A DNA stretch of 64,000 nt, taken from the NCBI GenBank assembly GCA_965644265.1, contig OZ286470.1, positions 6,386,001-6,450,000 on the forward strand. The letters run 5' to 3'. Under the pieces are notes generated by a model. That model saw only the letters and a list, made by a program, of their open reading frames with translations, had not been told where the DNA came from and searched no databases. Source of the stretch: Glycera tridactyla. Its lineage: Eukaryota. Below, piece after piece: positions 62,229-64,000 of this stretch. Position numbers and translations under genes: made by a program. Each line of letters begins with the position of its first letter. Positions within the stretch are counted from its first letter, which is position 1.

Positions 62229-64000
62229 CTACAACAAGAACAGAAATTCATGACATTGTGTACATTTTCTTCCACTGAAGATTGGGACATATGTCCATCA
62301 GCAGTCAATATCAACCGGTAAATGAGATGAAAGATCCATTTTTCCGAATGGACAGTGCTAGACTAAAACCTGTGACAAGCATGACATGAATGTACAGTGA
62401 AACTCCTGAAGAGAAATATTTGCCCAGAGCCGAACAAAAGATGAAAATGAAAGAATGAAAAGTGAAACCTTTGGAAAGAAAAATTGAATCCCTGAGGAGA
62501 AAAATTGACTGTAGAAGCAAACAAAAGTGCAAACAAGAATATGTCTGGCAAAACAATTGGTCTCTCATGTCTGCAGGTCTTACTTATGATTAATGTTAAA
62601 TAGTCAAACCTGTCTAGAGACCATCTCCAATCACATCAAGAAGTGGTCTTTGTAGACAATCGGCCTTTGTGGAGAGGTGGCTCACTGAAGGGAATACTAT
62701 CACAGTCACAAGTTGAGGATGGCCAATGTAGAGAGATGGTCTTTCTACAGAGGTGGTATTTACTGTAGGTTCTACGTCAGATGAAAGGCCTTCAAACACC
62801 CTCAAACTACTTCCCTGTTGATGGTTTCATTTCACAAACATGCAGCAAAGGGGTAGTGTGTGTGTGTGTGTGTTGGGGGGGGGGGGGGCTCCAGCTCAAA
62901 TCTTTAGACATGTACCAAATCCCTGATGGTCAACATAAGCCAGGCCACTACTACATTTACCTCTACGTGCAATTGAATTTTCAAGGTCAACTTCCAAATC
63001 AACATTATCTCCATGACATCAGAGATACAGATAAACTCAGCAGGGATTATAATATGTGCGCTGAAATTGGTAACTTTCTGAGACTATTCAAGAAGTTGGA
63101 ATAAAATATATGCTTGAAAATACTCAGAATAATCACAGCCCTGTTCATGTTTCTTGACTTCACTGATGTCTTGGTGAACGTTTGTTTCCAGTGATACGAA
63201 CTTGAGATAATCTCATTTCAAATGCACATATCTGACTGATAATCATATGCATCCACACATGTTGATTCAGATTCAGGTACACACATGCATGCACGCATAT
63301 GCACACACATACACACACACAAACATGTCTGCGCCCATGGTAATGCAATATATTATTAATCAAGCCAAACAAATGAAACCAAATATTTACAGACATGTTG
63401 CTACCTGCTGTGTAAGTTCTTTTCTTTCTTTATATTTTCTTGCCAAAGGAACTTCTTAATGAATAGATAATGTGTTCAATTAGACCCTAGAGTTAACCAG
63501 ACCTGGCAGCTGATGAAGCTTGAAGCAACTGGTATAATCTGCATACACTTAAAAAAAAAATCTACATCAGGAAGATCTGTTCCCGAGCTGTGAATTGGAT
63601 GAATTCTCACTGGCCTACGGAAGTAATGATATGATGCAATTCAGTGGCCTTCATTCTGAATTCACCTGGCGTAGGAGGACAAGGGTTGATTACACACTGA
63701 CTATATCAGGGAATTATTGATGCCCAGTGTTCCAAAGCTATCTTATTTGGATCCTCTGCCCCCTGAACACATCACAGTTATCAAGTAGAAGAAGTTCTCA
63801 GTTCATACATGGCTCTATCTGCATCACATAAAACAGGTGAGCCTAGGTGAGGAAAACTGTCAACACTCGTCTTTCTCTGTGGGTGAGGGGGTCCTGATTT
63901 TGTTTGTTTGAGGTTTAAGGCATGTATCAACCCTAGGGTTATGTTTGCCGTATGGTTCCTGGTTAGTGAAAGCTGGATGTTCTCTCCTCTGCATACATCT

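Noticed and set aside
62229-64000. Plastin EF-hand exons
   Set aside because: I found no EF-hand-like spliceable segment; they are presumably beyond the window.

Overview
AT-rich, intron-rich animal genomic DNA from a draft assembly with seven N-gaps. The repeat types suggest a marine invertebrate, but I cannot name the species. It is not prokaryotic, and there is no operon, CRISPR array or rRNA/tRNA gene. I reconstructed three spliced housekeeping genes by hand, all with GT-AG sites and consistent intron phases. (1) The 5' end of CKAP5/ch-TOG/XMAP215 on the minus strand: coding exons 5577-5521 and 4946-4753, continuing off the left edge. (2) A complete four-exon POLR1F/TWISTNB/RPA43 on the plus strand, 23797-34202, 370 aa. 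(3) Ten exons of a plastin/fimbrin gene on the minus strand, 62228-41744, 549 aa; its EF-hand N-terminus appears to lie beyond the right edge. The rest is dense transposon debris: a CR1/L2-type RT remnant, a Penelope-like relic, many TA-flanked pogo/Tigger-like MITEs, Helentron-associated (HINE/DINE-1-like) elements with ~147-bp internal arrays, and CAG-terminated non-autonomous elements with 5-bp or 6-bp target-site duplications. I found no new protein-coding system. The observations most worth following up are in the transposon architecture.
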